Below are positions 48,328-58,527 of a stretch of 64,000 bases of DNA, one piece after another. The notes beneath the pieces were generated by a model. It worked only from the letters and a program-made list of their open reading frames with translations. It was not told where the DNA came from and searched no databases. The DNA comes from an uncultured Eubacterium sp. (GTDB taxonomy: Bacteria; Bacillota; Clostridia; Lachnospirales; Lachnospiraceae). Where the stretch lies: positions 1,560 through 65,559 of the forward strand of contig CAKRDZ010000010.1 in the NCBI GenBank assembly GCA_934316845.1. Direction: 5' to 3'. The translations under genes were made by a program, and so were the position numbers. Numbering within the stretch: the first letter of the stretch is position 1; each line of letters opens with the position of its first letter.

Positions 48328-51132
48328 GTGAGTGAGAAATCCATGGTGATCAACCCAAACAAGATTTCCATTGACTTTAAAGACACCCCTTATGCAAAGG
48401 GAAACGGGGCGTCGGTACATACAGCCAGGGACGGCAGCATTTCCAATTATGGAATTGAATACACAAAGGATTGTGCGGTACAAAAGGAAATGGATTCCAA
48501 TATGATCTATACCGGCACAACTCAGAATGAAATCGTGAGTGAAGTGACGAAAAATCTTCCGGAGGACACATTTGATCCGGCGGATTTTATCAGCCAGAGC
48601 ATCAACGGCGAGGACGCCAAAGAGATCGAGGGTGACGGAAGTATTTTGGAGGAGTACGTCGATTCGACGCTGGAGCGGGCGATAGAGAAAGTAAAGACAG
48701 AGCGGAAGGCCAATAGCGACGCGCTTGACAGGTACACCGAAAAGGAAAAAGAAAAACAGGAATTTTCGGATGAATTACAGGCACAGATCGAGATGGCTGC
48801 GCAGCTGGCGGCAAAAATGCCGGGACTTGGTGATGCGGCTGTCAAATATTACATAGAGCAGAAAGCAGACCTGACACCGGCTGCTATTGGCAACAGTGCG
48901 GGTGTTACGGCAATGCCGGCTGTGGCAGAGCGTGCTTCTTATGAAGAAATGAAGCCGCAGATCGACCATATTTTAGAGGAAAATGGTCTGCAGGAAGATC
49001 CGGCAGCGGAAGAAGCGGCAAAATTTTTGTACGAAAAAGATATTCCGGTTACGCCGGAGAATATAGAAAAATATACAACGTGGCAGGAGACAAAAGAGAC
49101 TCCACAGGAGGTCATCAACGAGCGTATCCGGGATGCTGTGCGCGAAGGAACGGTTCCACAGCAGGCCGATATCAGTCAGATTTCTTATAAAGAAGCGGCA
49201 CAAAAGTGGGATACCCTCAAAAATGTGACCGAGGATGAACTGCGGGCATTTTATCCGGAGGAAGCCGGTTTTATCACGGCCAAACGACAGATGGAAGAGA
49301 TCCGTCTGAAAATGACTGCGGAAGCGGCCGGCAAGATGGAACGAAAAGGGATTCACGTTGACATTTCCAACCTGACGCAGATTGTGGAAGAGTTAAAGCA
49401 GATGGAAAAAGAAGCCTGCCGGAATGTATTTGATGAGAATAATATCTCGTATGGGCAGGAGCAGGTTGACCGGATGGCGTCTGCACTGCAGGCGAAAGAA
49501 CAGATATGGCAGGCTCCGGCAGCGATTCTTGGAAAAACGATCGGGCAGGCCGCAGACCTGACATTACATAATATGTCAGAAATTGGAAAAACTGCCATCC
49601 AGGAAGAACTTTCAAAGAATTATGAAGCGGTGGGTACGCAGGTGCGGAAAGATTTGGGAGATTCCATGACAAAGGCATTTCAAAATGTGGATGCGATACT
49701 GGAAGATCTCGGATTTGACAAGACGTCCGCGAACCAGCGTGCAGTTCGGATTCTCGCTTATAATCAGATGGAGATTACAAAAGATGCGGTGCTTTCGATG
49801 AAAGATTACGATGCCAAAGTGACATCGGTTCTGGAGCAGATGAAACCAGCAGCAGTAGCAAAGATGATCGAGAAGCAGCAAAATCCACTGGAGATGACAA
49901 TGGATGAGATTGAGGATGCTCTTCAGGAAATTAGCGGAGAAATGGCAGAGGATGACACGCCGCTCCGTAAATTTCTCTGGAAACTTGATCACCAGGGAGC
50001 GATCACGCCGGAAGAGAGAAAGAGCATGATCGGTATCTACCGGTTGATTGATAAAGTGGAAAAAAGCGATGGCGCCGTCATTGGACAATTGGTAAAAGAA
50101 GGAAGAGAATTGACATTTTCCTCGTTGTTGTCTGCCGTTCGGACCAGACGTGCAGAAGGAAAAGAATTTGAGATCAACGATGAGTTTGGAAGTCTGGAGA
50201 GCCGGACGAGCGGCAGAGAGACAATCAGTGAGCAGATTGGTGCGGCCTTTGGCAGCCGCGTAATCCATCAGCTGAAAAGAGAGTTATCACCGGGGGCGCT
50301 ACGGCAGTCAGAGGATGATATGGCTTGCGAGCAGGTTTTAGAGGCCTGTGAGACACCGGAAAGCCAGGCAGAAGAGGCAGCTTATTATGAGATGCTGGCA
50401 CAAAATATAAAAGAGATCGCATCATCCGGCGACGAGATGGTACATCGATGTCTCGAAGCGGCAGGGATTCCTGCGACACTGCAAAATATCCGCGAGATGA
50501 AAGCCTATCTGACAAGAGAAAAGACGGAAAGCGATATTCTGTTTACGGAGGAAGAGAGCGAGTCAGTACTCGATGTCATGGATCAGCCCGAAGAACTTGA
50601 GAGCATGCTGGATACTTTGGATCAGGAACATTTGCAGGAGATCGAAAGCCGCAAGCAGGCAGACGATATTACATATGATACGCTGCAGAATCTGATCCGG
50701 ATGGCGGGAAGCATTTCCTTTTACCGCCAGATGCGGCAGCAGACCAATACGTTTTCTGTGCCGATCATGACAGACCAGGGAGTTACGTCTTGTCATGTAA
50801 CGGTACTGCAGGGTCAGGAATCTGAAAAGGGAACCGTTGAAATCTCACTAAATTCGGAAAAAATTGGAAAATTGCAGGCGACGTTTAAAGTCGTGGAGAA
50901 CAGAGTGAGTGGGTTTGTAACCTGCGAAAATGAGCAGGATATCAGTGAACTCACACAGGATATTGAAAAGGACTTGGAGATGAATGGATTTGCGATGGAA
51001 CGCATGGATGTGGCAAGAGGAGCCAGACATTCATTTCAGGCAGGAGATAAAGAACAAACAGCAAACAGCAGACTGTATCAGGTGGCAAAGATTGTAGTCA
51101 CAAATGTGCAGAGAAAGGAAGCAGATCAATGA
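48328..51132 (+). CDS. Large acidic protein (about 930 aa) with a FliK-like C-terminal region; flagellar-associated, function unknown
   Basis: Long E/A/Q-rich helical protein. The C-terminus ...GTVEISLNSEKIGKLQATFKVVENRVSGFVTCENEQDISELTQDIEKDLEMNGF... resembles the FliK hook-length-control C-terminal domain pattern. Its stop overlaps the flagellin ATG. Start is the GTG at 48328 or the ATG at 48343. Confidence 0.6.
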   Translation: MSEKSMVINPNKISIDFKDTPYAKGNGASVHTARDGSISNYGIEYTKDCAVQKEMDSNMIYTGTTQNEIVSEVTKNLPEDTFDPADFISQSINGEDAKEIEGDGSILEEYVDSTLERAIEKVKTERKANSDALDRYTEKEKEKQEFSDELQAQIEMAAQLAAKMPGLGDAAVKYYIEQKADLTPAAIGNSAGVTAMPAVAERASYEEMKPQIDHILEENGLQEDPAAEEAAKFLYEKDIPVTPENIEKYTTWQETKETPQEVINERIRDAVREGTVPQQADISQISYKEAAQKWDTLKNVTEDELRAFYPEEAGFITAKRQMEEIRLKMTAEAAGKMERKGIHVDISNLTQIVEELKQMEKEACRNVFDENNISYGQEQVDRMASALQAKEQIWQAPAAILGKTIGQAADLTLHNMSEIGKTAIQEELSKNYEAVGTQVRKDLGDSMTKAFQNVDAILEDLGFDKTSANQRAVRILAYNQMEITKDAVLSMKDYDAKVTSVLEQMKPAAVAKMIEKQQNPLEMTMDEIEDALQEISGEMAEDDTPLRKFLWKLDHQGAITPEERKSMIGIYRLIDKVEKSDGAVIGQLVKEGRELTFSSLLSAVRTRRAEGKEFEINDEFGSLESRTSGRETISEQIGAAFGSRVIHQLKRELSPGALRQSEDDMACEQVLEACETPESQAEEAAYYEMLAQNIKEIASSGDEMVHRCLEAAGIPATLQNIREMKAYLTREKTESDILFTEEESESVLDVMDQPEELESMLDTLDQEHLQEIESRKQADDITYDTLQNLIRMAGSISFYRQMRQQTNTFSVPIMTDQGVTSCHVTVLQGQESEKGTVEISLNSEKIGKLQATFKVVENRVSGFVTCENEQDISELTQDIEKDLEMNGFAMERMDVARGARHSFQAGDKEQTANSRLYQVAKIVVTNVQRKEADQ

Positions 51133-52559
51133 AAATAAATACGAACATATCCGCCCTTTTGGCGACAGGAAATTTACATCGGACGGAGGACCGGCTGACG
51201 ACCAGTCTGACAAGACTTTCTTCCGGATACCGTATCAATAAGGCGGCAGATGATGCTGCCGGAATGGCCATTTCGCAGAAAATGCATGCGCAGATCCGTG
51301 GATTGGAGCGTGCCTCCCGTAATGGATCCGATGGTATCTCCTTTATACAGACCGCGGAAGGTGCATTGGCAGAGGTAGAAAGCATGCTTCAAAGATGCCG
51401 TGAACTTTCTGTGCAGGCATCCAATGATGTAACGACGTTAGATGATAAAAAGGCGATCCAGCAGGAGATTGAGGCGTTGATGGGCGAGATCGACCGTCTT
51501 GCTTCGGACACTGAATTTAATACAAAAAGCATTCTGGATGGTACGTGCTGCCGCCAGACATCTTCCAGCAATACCGGCGTAAGTCTTATTTCGATGACCG
51601 ATGATGTTGCTTTGACAACGTATAGTCTGACGGTTACGCAGGCATCGACAAAGACCAACGTAACGACCGGCACCCTTGGCATGGGTGAAAAAGATAAATT
51701 TACAAAAGATGGGAAAATCCAGATCAATGGTCAGACCATCGAGATCAAACAAGGCGAGACTTTGGAAGAGGCTTATGCGAAAATCCGTGACTGTTGTGAG
51801 AGCATGAATATCGATGTTCTCCCTGTCAATGGAAAAGATGCCAATGGCAATCCAAAAGAGGTAGCTTTGAGCGGAGCCACCAGTTTGTATTTTGAATCCA
51901 AGATCTACGGAGCATCAAGAAATATTGAGATCACAACGGACGATCCGGAACTTGCCACAAAATTAGGAGTCAACGGAGCCGTGATCACACAGGGAAAAGA
52001 TGCCATTGTATCTCTGGATACGGATTCCGGATTTACCAAGACGGCAACCACATTTATCGATGGAAACAGAGTAACGGTATCCGACCGCGGCGGTTTTGAG
52101 ATGATCTTTAACGTAGCAGGAGCAGAGGCCGGTATGGATGCGGATGTAACCGTATTGGATGCCGGATTTGTTGCGATCCAGATTGGATCGAATGAGGGTC
52201 AGAGCATTGACATTTCGATTCCGGCAGTTACGTGCGAATCCCTTAACATTAATTATTGTAATGTATGTACTTTTGACGGAGCGCAGGAGAGTATTACGTT
52301 GTTTGACGAAGCCATCAGTCAGGTGTCTGCCGTGCGCGCTAAATTAGGTGCTTATGAAAACCGTCTGGATTCTGCGACGACAAGTCTGGATACGACTTCC
52401 CAGAATCTGACAGAAGCTTGTTCCCGTATCGAGGATGTAGATATGGCGGCTGAAATGACCGAATATACGCAGTTGACCGTGCTCAGCCAGGCAGGAACTT
52501 CCATGCTCGCACAGGCCAATAACCGTCCACAGACGATTTTGCAGCTTCTTCAGGGATAA
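51129..52559 (+). CDS. fliC: Flagellin (476 aa)
   Basis: N-terminus MKINTNISALLA...LSSGYRINKAADDAAGMAISQKM...GISFIQTAEGAL and C-terminus ...MAAEMTEYTQLTVLSQAGTSMLAQANNRPQTILQLLQG. Confidence 0.95.
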   Translation: MKINTNISALLATGNLHRTEDRLTTSLTRLSSGYRINKAADDAAGMAISQKMHAQIRGLERASRNGSDGISFIQTAEGALAEVESMLQRCRELSVQASNDVTTLDDKKAIQQEIEALMGEIDRLASDTEFNTKSILDGTCCRQTSSSNTGVSLISMTDDVALTTYSLTVTQASTKTNVTTGTLGMGEKDKFTKDGKIQINGQTIEIKQGETLEEAYAKIRDCCESMNIDVLPVNGKDANGNPKEVALSGATSLYFESKIYGASRNIEITTDDPELATKLGVNGAVITQGKDAIVSLDTDSGFTKTATTFIDGNRVTVSDRGGFEMIFNVAGAEAGMDADVTVLDAGFVAIQIGSNEGQSIDISIPAVTCESLNINYCNVCTFDGAQESITLFDEAISQVSAVRAKLGAYENRLDSATTSLDTTSQNLTEACSRIEDVDMAAEMTEYTQLTVLSQAGTSMLAQANNRPQTILQLLQG

Positions 52560-52594
52560 TTTGACCGGTATATCGAAAGCGAGTGGTGAATGCA

Positions 52595-53074
52595 ATGAAT
52601 AAAGAAAAATTGAATGCTTATGCAGCGCGTGTATCACAGGCAAACCGAAGCGAACTGGTTGTGATCATTTACGAGGCATTTCTGGATAGTGTAAAAGAAG
52701 GCGACGAGCAGATGAAACAGGGAAATATGCCAGCCTGCCGTCAGGAGATGGAACGTGCCAGAGGATTTCTGACCGAATTGATGGGAAGTCTGGATTTTCA
52801 ATATGAAATTTCCTATTATCTTCGCCGGTTATATATCTATGCCTATCATGAATTGTGTCAGGGCATGGCATTTCGGGACAGCGAGAGATATGCGCACGCA
52901 GTACAGATCATGGAAAAGCTGCTTCCTGCTTTCCGCGAGGTCGCAAAGCAGGATACGTCAGAAGCTGTCATGAAAAATGTGCAGCAGATCTATGCCGGTC
53001 TTACCTATGGCCGGGGAAGTCTACACGAGACGATCGGTGTAGACGTTGGAAAAGAACGGGGTTTTGAGGCTTAA
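52595..53074 (+). CDS. fliS: Flagellar export chaperone FliS-like protein
   Basis: NAYAARVSQANRSELVVIIYEAFLDSV...ARGFLTELMGSLD fits the FliS four-helix pattern. Located directly after flagellin. Confidence 0.7.
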   Translation: MNKEKLNAYAARVSQANRSELVVIIYEAFLDSVKEGDEQMKQGNMPACRQEMERARGFLTELMGSLDFQYEISYYLRRLYIYAYHELCQGMAFRDSERYAHAVQIMEKLLPAFREVAKQDTSEAVMKNVQQIYAGLTYGRGSLHETIGVDVGKERGFEA

Positions 53075-53844
53075 AGAGGGCGGTGTTCTTTTCGATATTG
53101 ATTGGGAGTGATATTTTCGTGCCGTTTAAATTGGCGGCAGAAATGTTCGACATTGTGATAGCCGCAGGAAAAACTGATTTCCTGAATGCTGTCTGTCGTG
53201 CGGCTGAGTAGGACTTTTGAGTGTTCAATGCGGCTTTCAATCACTTCATTAATGCAGGAAATGTGTGCGAATGCCTTGTATTGTTTTTGCAGGGCGCGCA
53301 CACTTAAATTTACATATTTTGCCATATGCTCTAATGTCCAGTCGTATTCCGGGTGGGCATATATCATATTTCTAAGTTCAATCAGACAATCGCGGTATCG
53401 CGATAACTCCGTATTTAAAAAAGCATAATCGTGAAGGCGGTGGAAGATAATATGCATCAATTCTTCCAAAACCAGCCGGCTGCTGTTATGATTCCAATAA
53501 TTTTCATTGGCGACAGCGATAAAATACTGTTTGTAACAGCCAAAATCCGGGCAGAATACCGGGATTCCAAACGGAACATATTTTTCAGTAAACAACGCTT
53601 CATCGCAATTAAACCGGATCCATGTATAAAGAAGTTTTCCGGACTTGGCGTGATAATGAATGTGCTGGCCGGGTTTGTATAAGATACAGTGGTGTTCCGG
53701 AAATTCCTGCATTTCTCCGTTTACTTCGACGATAACCGGGGAGTCAAATAACATAATTTCGTATTCGCCCTGCGCGAAAAAAAGGTCATCGACAAAACCC
53801 TCCGGCATCTCATCATTAATCATGGCATAAATTACTTTGATCAT
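53071..53844 (-). CDS. AraC family transcriptional regulator
   Basis: The C-terminal HTH is present (LEHMAKYVNLSVRALQKQYK...GYHNVEHFCRQFKRHENITPNQYR). Divergent from the GH43 gene. Start alternatives at 53844 and 53862. Confidence 0.85.
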   Translation of the reverse strand: MIKVIYAMINDEMPEGFVDDLFFAQGEYEIMLFDSPVIVEVNGEMQEFPEHHCILYKPGQHIHYHAKSGKLLYTWIRFNCDEALFTEKYVPFGIPVFCPDFGCYKQYFIAVANENYWNHNSSRLVLEELMHIIFHRLHDYAFLNTELSRYRDCLIELRNMIYAHPEYDWTLEHMAKYVNLSVRALQKQYKAFAHISCINEVIESRIEHSKVLLSRTTDSIQEISFSCGYHNVEHFCRQFKRHENITPNQYRKEHRPL

Positions 53845-54055
53845 AAACCAGCACGCCTCCATTCCTGCTTGTGACCATTAATGATATAGCATATTATATC
53901 AATGTTTTATGGAAAAATCAAGAAATAATTGCATTTATGAAATATAAGTGTGCCAGATAGATCAAAAAATGAAGTGGAAAGATCATTGTAACAAGAGTGA
54001 AAAAGAGGTATGATGGGCATAACAAATTTGAAAGAAATAAGGAGGTTTACAATTC

Positions 54056-56629
54056 ATGAAGAGAAAATTGAGCAGTATTGTGTTAGCCACGGCGCTTGTT
54101 GTCTCTTTAGCGGCCGGAGCAGGTGGAGAAGATGTGCAGGCGGCAAAGAAGGCAAAGCTTGGAACGAAGAAAATTACGTTAATACAAGGCAAGACCAAAA
54201 AGATCAAAGTAAAGAACAAAAAGAAAGGCTGCCGTTATACGTTTACTTCCAATAAAAAGAAAGTAGCAACGGTAACCAAAAAAGGAAAGGTAAAGGCGGT
54301 AGCTGCGGGTACAGCGAAAATTACCGTCAAAGAAGTTTCAAAGAAAGGTAAAAAACGGAAAATTGGTGTGGTAAAGGTTCTGGTAAAAAAGAACAGCCAG
54401 ACAACAGTTACACCGCAAACTTCCACAAATCCACAGACATCAACGACACCGGGAGGGGCAAACGTGACAGCGACACCAAAGGCACCGACAGCATCGGCAA
54501 CACCAAAGGTATCGGAAGCACCGACAGCACCGACAGTATCGGCAACACCAAAGGTATCGGAAGCACCGACGGTATCGGCAACACCAAGTACAAAACCACA
54601 GGAATCCAAAGAGCCGACAAAAGGAACAAAATCGGTATCTGTATATTTGGATGAGATTAAAGAAGCAAATAAAATTGCCGAAGTAAATGGTCCGGGATTG
54701 GATCCGACGGCAGCTCCGACAGAAACACCTGCAGGAGAGGCGACACCGGAACCTACACCGGCAGTTCTTGTAAATACTACGATGGAAGATAACAATACAG
54801 ATCCGATCGAAAAACGCGGAGATGTTTCCATTTCCGTTGTAGAAGACGGTGCGAATGGAACAAGCAAGAGCATCAAAGTTACCGGCCGTAAAGAGGACTG
54901 GCACGGTGCAGGCATTGATGTAACTTCTTTTGCAGAGACCGATAATGATTATGAAATCACATTCTATGCGAAACAGTCTACAGGAGAAGACAGTCAGATC
55001 GATCTTTCCATGCAGTATGTCAATGGAAGCGGCGAGACAAAATACGGTGGCATCAAGACGTTTGATCTTGCAAACGATACCTGGACAAAATGTCAGGCAA
55101 AAATGACCATTCCGGAGCACAACGGACAGATCATTATTTACTGGCAGTCGGTATATCAGTCCAACAACTCTATGGATTTCTATCTGGATGAAGTGTCGAT
55201 CACCGGAGTGGCAAAAGCAGTGGCAGGAGAAGATTACCCTGATCTTTCTCTTGGTTTGGGAAAAACAACTGTTGGAAATCCTATTATGACTTCCCGTCTG
55301 ACAGCAGATCCATATGCAATGGAATACAATGGAAGAATCTATGTATATGGTACAAACGATTCCCAGCAGTATGAGAAAACACCGGATGCAGACAACAATT
55401 ACTCAAAAATTAATACAATTAATGTATATTCATCCGCTGACATGGTAAACTGGACAGATCATGGTGCAATCCGGGTAGCTGGTTCTAACGGAGCAGCAAA
55501 ATGGGCATCAAATTCCTGGGCACCGGCAGCATGTCATAAGACAATTAATGGAAAAGAAAAATTCTTCCTGTATTTCGCTGACAATGGCAGTGGAATTGGA
55601 GTATTGGAAGCAGACAGTCCAACCGGTCCATGGAGAGACCCAATTGGAAAACAGATAATCAGCCGTGAGACTCCGGGATGTTCCGGATCCGAGATTGGCT
55701 GGCTGTTTGACCCGGCCGTGTTGGTAGATGATGACGGAACCGGATATTTGTACTTTGGAGGAATTGGTAACACAGCAGGCAAGCCGGACGATTTTATCAA
55801 GAATCCAAAATGCGGACGAGTTGTAAAACTTGCAGATGATATGGTAAGTCTGGCTGGTGATCCTGTCACAATTGACGCACCATATATGTTTGAAGATTCC
55901 GGAATCAACAAAATCGGAGACAAATATTATTACAGCTACTGCACAAACTGGACAAACGTCTCCGGACGAGATGAAACTATACCGGCAGCAAATATTGCCG
56001 TAATGGAAAGTGATAATCCAATGACAGGATTCAAATTTGTCGGCTGTGTATTGAAAAATCCGGGAACTTATTTCGGAGCAAGTGGAAATAATCACCATTG
56101 TTTTGCAGAGTTCAAGGGAACTTGGTATGCCTTCTACCATACAAAGAAAGATACCCTGGCATTGGGAACCAAAGCTGATTACAGAACAACATATGCAGAC
56201 ATCTTGAACTTGGGAGAAAATGGAAATTTCACAAACAAAGATGGTTCAGTGGCAGACACAAAAATGACGGCAGCAGGAGTAACCGCGGTTGGAACCGTAA
56301 ATCCTTATAATACGATAGAAGCAGAATCTTTCGCAATTGCAAACCAGGTAGGAACGATCGCAAATAACGAAGCAAGTTCCAATGCATTGTGGAATGGTGC
56401 AAATTATTCTCTTTACAATACAGAAGCAGGAAGTTATATCGGTGTTGCCAATGTGGATTTTGGTGATGACGGAGCTTCTACCGTAAGTATGAAATTAAGC
56501 GACACTTCGATGACAGAGTATAAAGAATGTATCGCGCAGCTTAGTCAGAAAGTAACCGGAAAACATACCGTATACTTTGTATTTGAGAAAACAAATATTT
56601 TGACGGACAGCTGGAAATTTGATAAATAA
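54056..56629 (+). CDS. Secreted multidomain GH43 glycoside hydrolase (Big_2, P/T linker, CBM, GH43, CBM6-like)
   Basis: Signal peptide. Lysine-rich Big_2 module (KITLIQGKTKKIKV...). The repeats TPKVSEAPT follow. GH43 core GNPIMTSRLTADPYAMEYNGRIYVYGTND, then C-terminal NPYNTIEAESF (CBM6-like). Confidence 0.88.
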   Translation: MKRKLSSIVLATALVVSLAAGAGGEDVQAAKKAKLGTKKITLIQGKTKKIKVKNKKKGCRYTFTSNKKKVATVTKKGKVKAVAAGTAKITVKEVSKKGKKRKIGVVKVLVKKNSQTTVTPQTSTNPQTSTTPGGANVTATPKAPTASATPKVSEAPTAPTVSATPKVSEAPTVSATPSTKPQESKEPTKGTKSVSVYLDEIKEANKIAEVNGPGLDPTAAPTETPAGEATPEPTPAVLVNTTMEDNNTDPIEKRGDVSISVVEDGANGTSKSIKVTGRKEDWHGAGIDVTSFAETDNDYEITFYAKQSTGEDSQIDLSMQYVNGSGETKYGGIKTFDLANDTWTKCQAKMTIPEHNGQIIIYWQSVYQSNNSMDFYLDEVSITGVAKAVAGEDYPDLSLGLGKTTVGNPIMTSRLTADPYAMEYNGRIYVYGTNDSQQYEKTPDADNNYSKINTINVYSSADMVNWTDHGAIRVAGSNGAAKWASNSWAPAACHKTINGKEKFFLYFADNGSGIGVLEADSPTGPWRDPIGKQIISRETPGCSGSEIGWLFDPAVLVDDDGTGYLYFGGIGNTAGKPDDFIKNPKCGRVVKLADDMVSLAGDPVTIDAPYMFEDSGINKIGDKYYYSYCTNWTNVSGRDETIPAANIAVMESDNPMTGFKFVGCVLKNPGTYFGASGNNHHCFAEFKGTWYAFYHTKKDTLALGTKADYRTTYADILNLGENGNFTNKDGSVADTKMTAAGVTAVGTVNPYNTIEAESFAIANQVGTIANNEASSNALWNGANYSLYNTEAGSYIGVANVDFGDDGASTVSMKLSDTSMTEYKECIAQLSQKVTGKHTVYFVFEKTNILTDSWKFDK

Positions 56630-56686
56630 AAAATAAGAGACAATACTCTTACCCCTAATCCTTATATAATTATAGTTTTTCGTAAC

Positions 56687-56722
56687 AAAGGAGCTGTGTA
56701 AATGATACGCAGCTCCTTTTTG
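56687..56722. terminator. Bidirectional terminator between the GH43 gene and map
   Basis: AAAGGAGCTG (56687-56696) pairs with CAGCTCCTTT (56710-56719), followed by TTT. Confidence 0.75.
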
Positions 56723-56770
56723 CGATGCGCCTTGCGGCGCACGTTTCTTTACAATACAATTTTGTAGTTC

Positions 56771-57646
56771 TTAGCGGGAAAGAATTTCGTTTCCGGTTTC
56801 CGTGATAACGAGAGTGTATTCCCATTGGGCAGAAGGTTTGCCGTCTTCGGTATAGATCGTCCAGCCGTCATCTTCATCGCAGAATATATCGGAAGTTCCC
56901 ATATTGATCATTGGTTCGATGGTGATCGTCATACCTGGGACAAGAAGCATTCCCGTGCCCGGTTCGCCGATATGCGGAACCCACGGTTCTTCGTGAAATT
57001 CCACGCCGACACCGTGTCCGCCGATCTCTACGACAACACTGTAGCCGTTTTCTTTGGCGCGCTTATTGATCGCATATCCAAAATCTCCCAGTGTCGTCCA
57101 AGGTTTTGCGATACCGACCGCTTCGTCGAGACATTCTTTCGTAACCTGAACTAGTTTTTTCTTTTCTTCGCTGACTTCGCCGATTAAAAACATACGGGAA
57201 GCATCGCCGTAGAAGCCGTCTACGATCGTAGTACAGTCTACATTTACAATTTCACCACTCTGCAAAATGCGTTCCGGATCCGGAATTCCATGGCATACCA
57301 CTTCGTCAATGGAAGTGCAGACATTTTTGGGATATCCCTGATAGCCGAGGCAGGCACAGATGCCGCCAAGTTCTGCCGTTCGTTTGGCTGCAAGGTCGTC
57401 AATTTCCTGTGTTGACACGCCCTCGCCGATCATTTCCGCGACGGCGTCAAGTACCATCGAGTTGATCTCGCCGGCTTTACGTATGCCCTCAATCTGCGCC
57501 GGCGTTTTGATGATACTGCGAGGCGGTTCTTCCGCGTGCGGATACGTCAGCATATAATGTTCAATCTTTTCGTCAAATGCCATATGACAGCTTTTATATT
57601 TTCTGCCGCTGCCACACCAGCATGCTTCATTTCTACCTAATTTCAC
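56771..57646 (-). CDS. map: Type I methionine aminopeptidase with an N-terminal SEC-C zinc motif
   Basis: MKLGRNEACWCGSGRKYKSCH (SEC-C) is followed by a pita-bread fold with metal ligands (VCHGIP, VDCT..DGFYGD, GHGVG, TIEPM, EYT). Confidence 0.93.
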   Translation of the reverse strand: MKLGRNEACWCGSGRKYKSCHMAFDEKIEHYMLTYPHAEEPPRSIIKTPAQIEGIRKAGEINSMVLDAVAEMIGEGVSTQEIDDLAAKRTAELGGICACLGYQGYPKNVCTSIDEVVCHGIPDPERILQSGEIVNVDCTTIVDGFYGDASRMFLIGEVSEEKKKLVQVTKECLDEAVGIAKPWTTLGDFGYAINKRAKENGYSVVVEIGGHGVGVEFHEEPWVPHIGEPGTGMLLVPGMTITIEPMINMGTSDIFCDEDDGWTIYTEDGKPSAQWEYTLVITETGNEILSR

Positions 57647-57666
57647 GATTATGTCATCTTCTTTCT

Positions 57667-58389
57667 TTATAATGTAATGATATCATTGTCTTTTAATAAT
57701 ATATACAATTCTTTTAATAAGGCGACGGTGTGAGTGATCGCCTGTCTGGCAAATGTTGGATAATCCATGTGCCCGGAGTTGTCTGCTTTATCGGAGATTG
57801 CGCGGATAATTAAAAATGGAACGTGGTTGAGGTAGGCTGTTTGTGCCATTGCCGCCCCTTCCATCTCGGCGCAGTCCCCTTCAAACGTATCGATCAGATA
57901 CTGCTTTTTTTCACCATCCGCAATGAACTGGTCACCGCTCACTACTTTCCCAATATGGCAGATTATGTCAGAATTTGCTTTTTCACACGCCTCTTTTGCA
58001 AGTTTGACAAGGGTTTCATCTGCGGCAAAAATGGATTCTTCCATCCGCGGGATGATGCCGACCGGGTCTCCGAGTGGCGAAACATCCATGTCGTGCTGCT
58101 GGGCGCAGCGTGAAAGCACGATGTCACCAATTTCCAATGTATTGTTGAGCGAGCCGGCAACTCCTGTATTTATCACGGCATCAACCGAGAAAATGTCAAT
58201 CAGGATCTGCGTGCAGACTGCCATATTTACTTTCCCAATGCCGCTTACGACAACGACGGTTTTTAATCCCCACAGATTTCCTTCTACAAAAGTCATGCCT
58301 GCTTTGGTTATTTCTGTTGTATCGGTCATCTGTTCTTTCAGAATGGCGACTTCCTCATCCATCGCGCCGATCAATCCTATGGTATTCAT
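57667..58389 (-). CDS. mtnN: 5'-methylthioadenosine/S-adenosylhomocysteine nucleosidase
   Basis: MNTIGLIGAMDEEV, SGIGKVNMA, GVAGSL and EMEGAAMAQ are present. Confidence 0.93.
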   Translation of the reverse strand: MNTIGLIGAMDEEVAILKEQMTDTTEITKAGMTFVEGNLWGLKTVVVVSGIGKVNMAVCTQILIDIFSVDAVINTGVAGSLNNTLEIGDIVLSRCAQQHDMDVSPLGDPVGIIPRMEESIFAADETLVKLAKEACEKANSDIICHIGKVVSGDQFIADGEKKQYLIDTFEGDCAEMEGAAMAQTAYLNHVPFLIIRAISDKADNSGHMDYPTFARQAITHTVALLKELYILLKDNDIITL

Positions 58390-58527
58390 GCAACTACCTC
58401 CAAAAATTTTACTACTTTGTAGTATAGCATAAATTGCAAAAGAATGCTACGAAATTATAAAAGCAGTTGTTTTGTCCTGCGGTTTGAGATATAATAAAAG
58501 TATCAAAAGGAACGGAGGAAATGGTTT

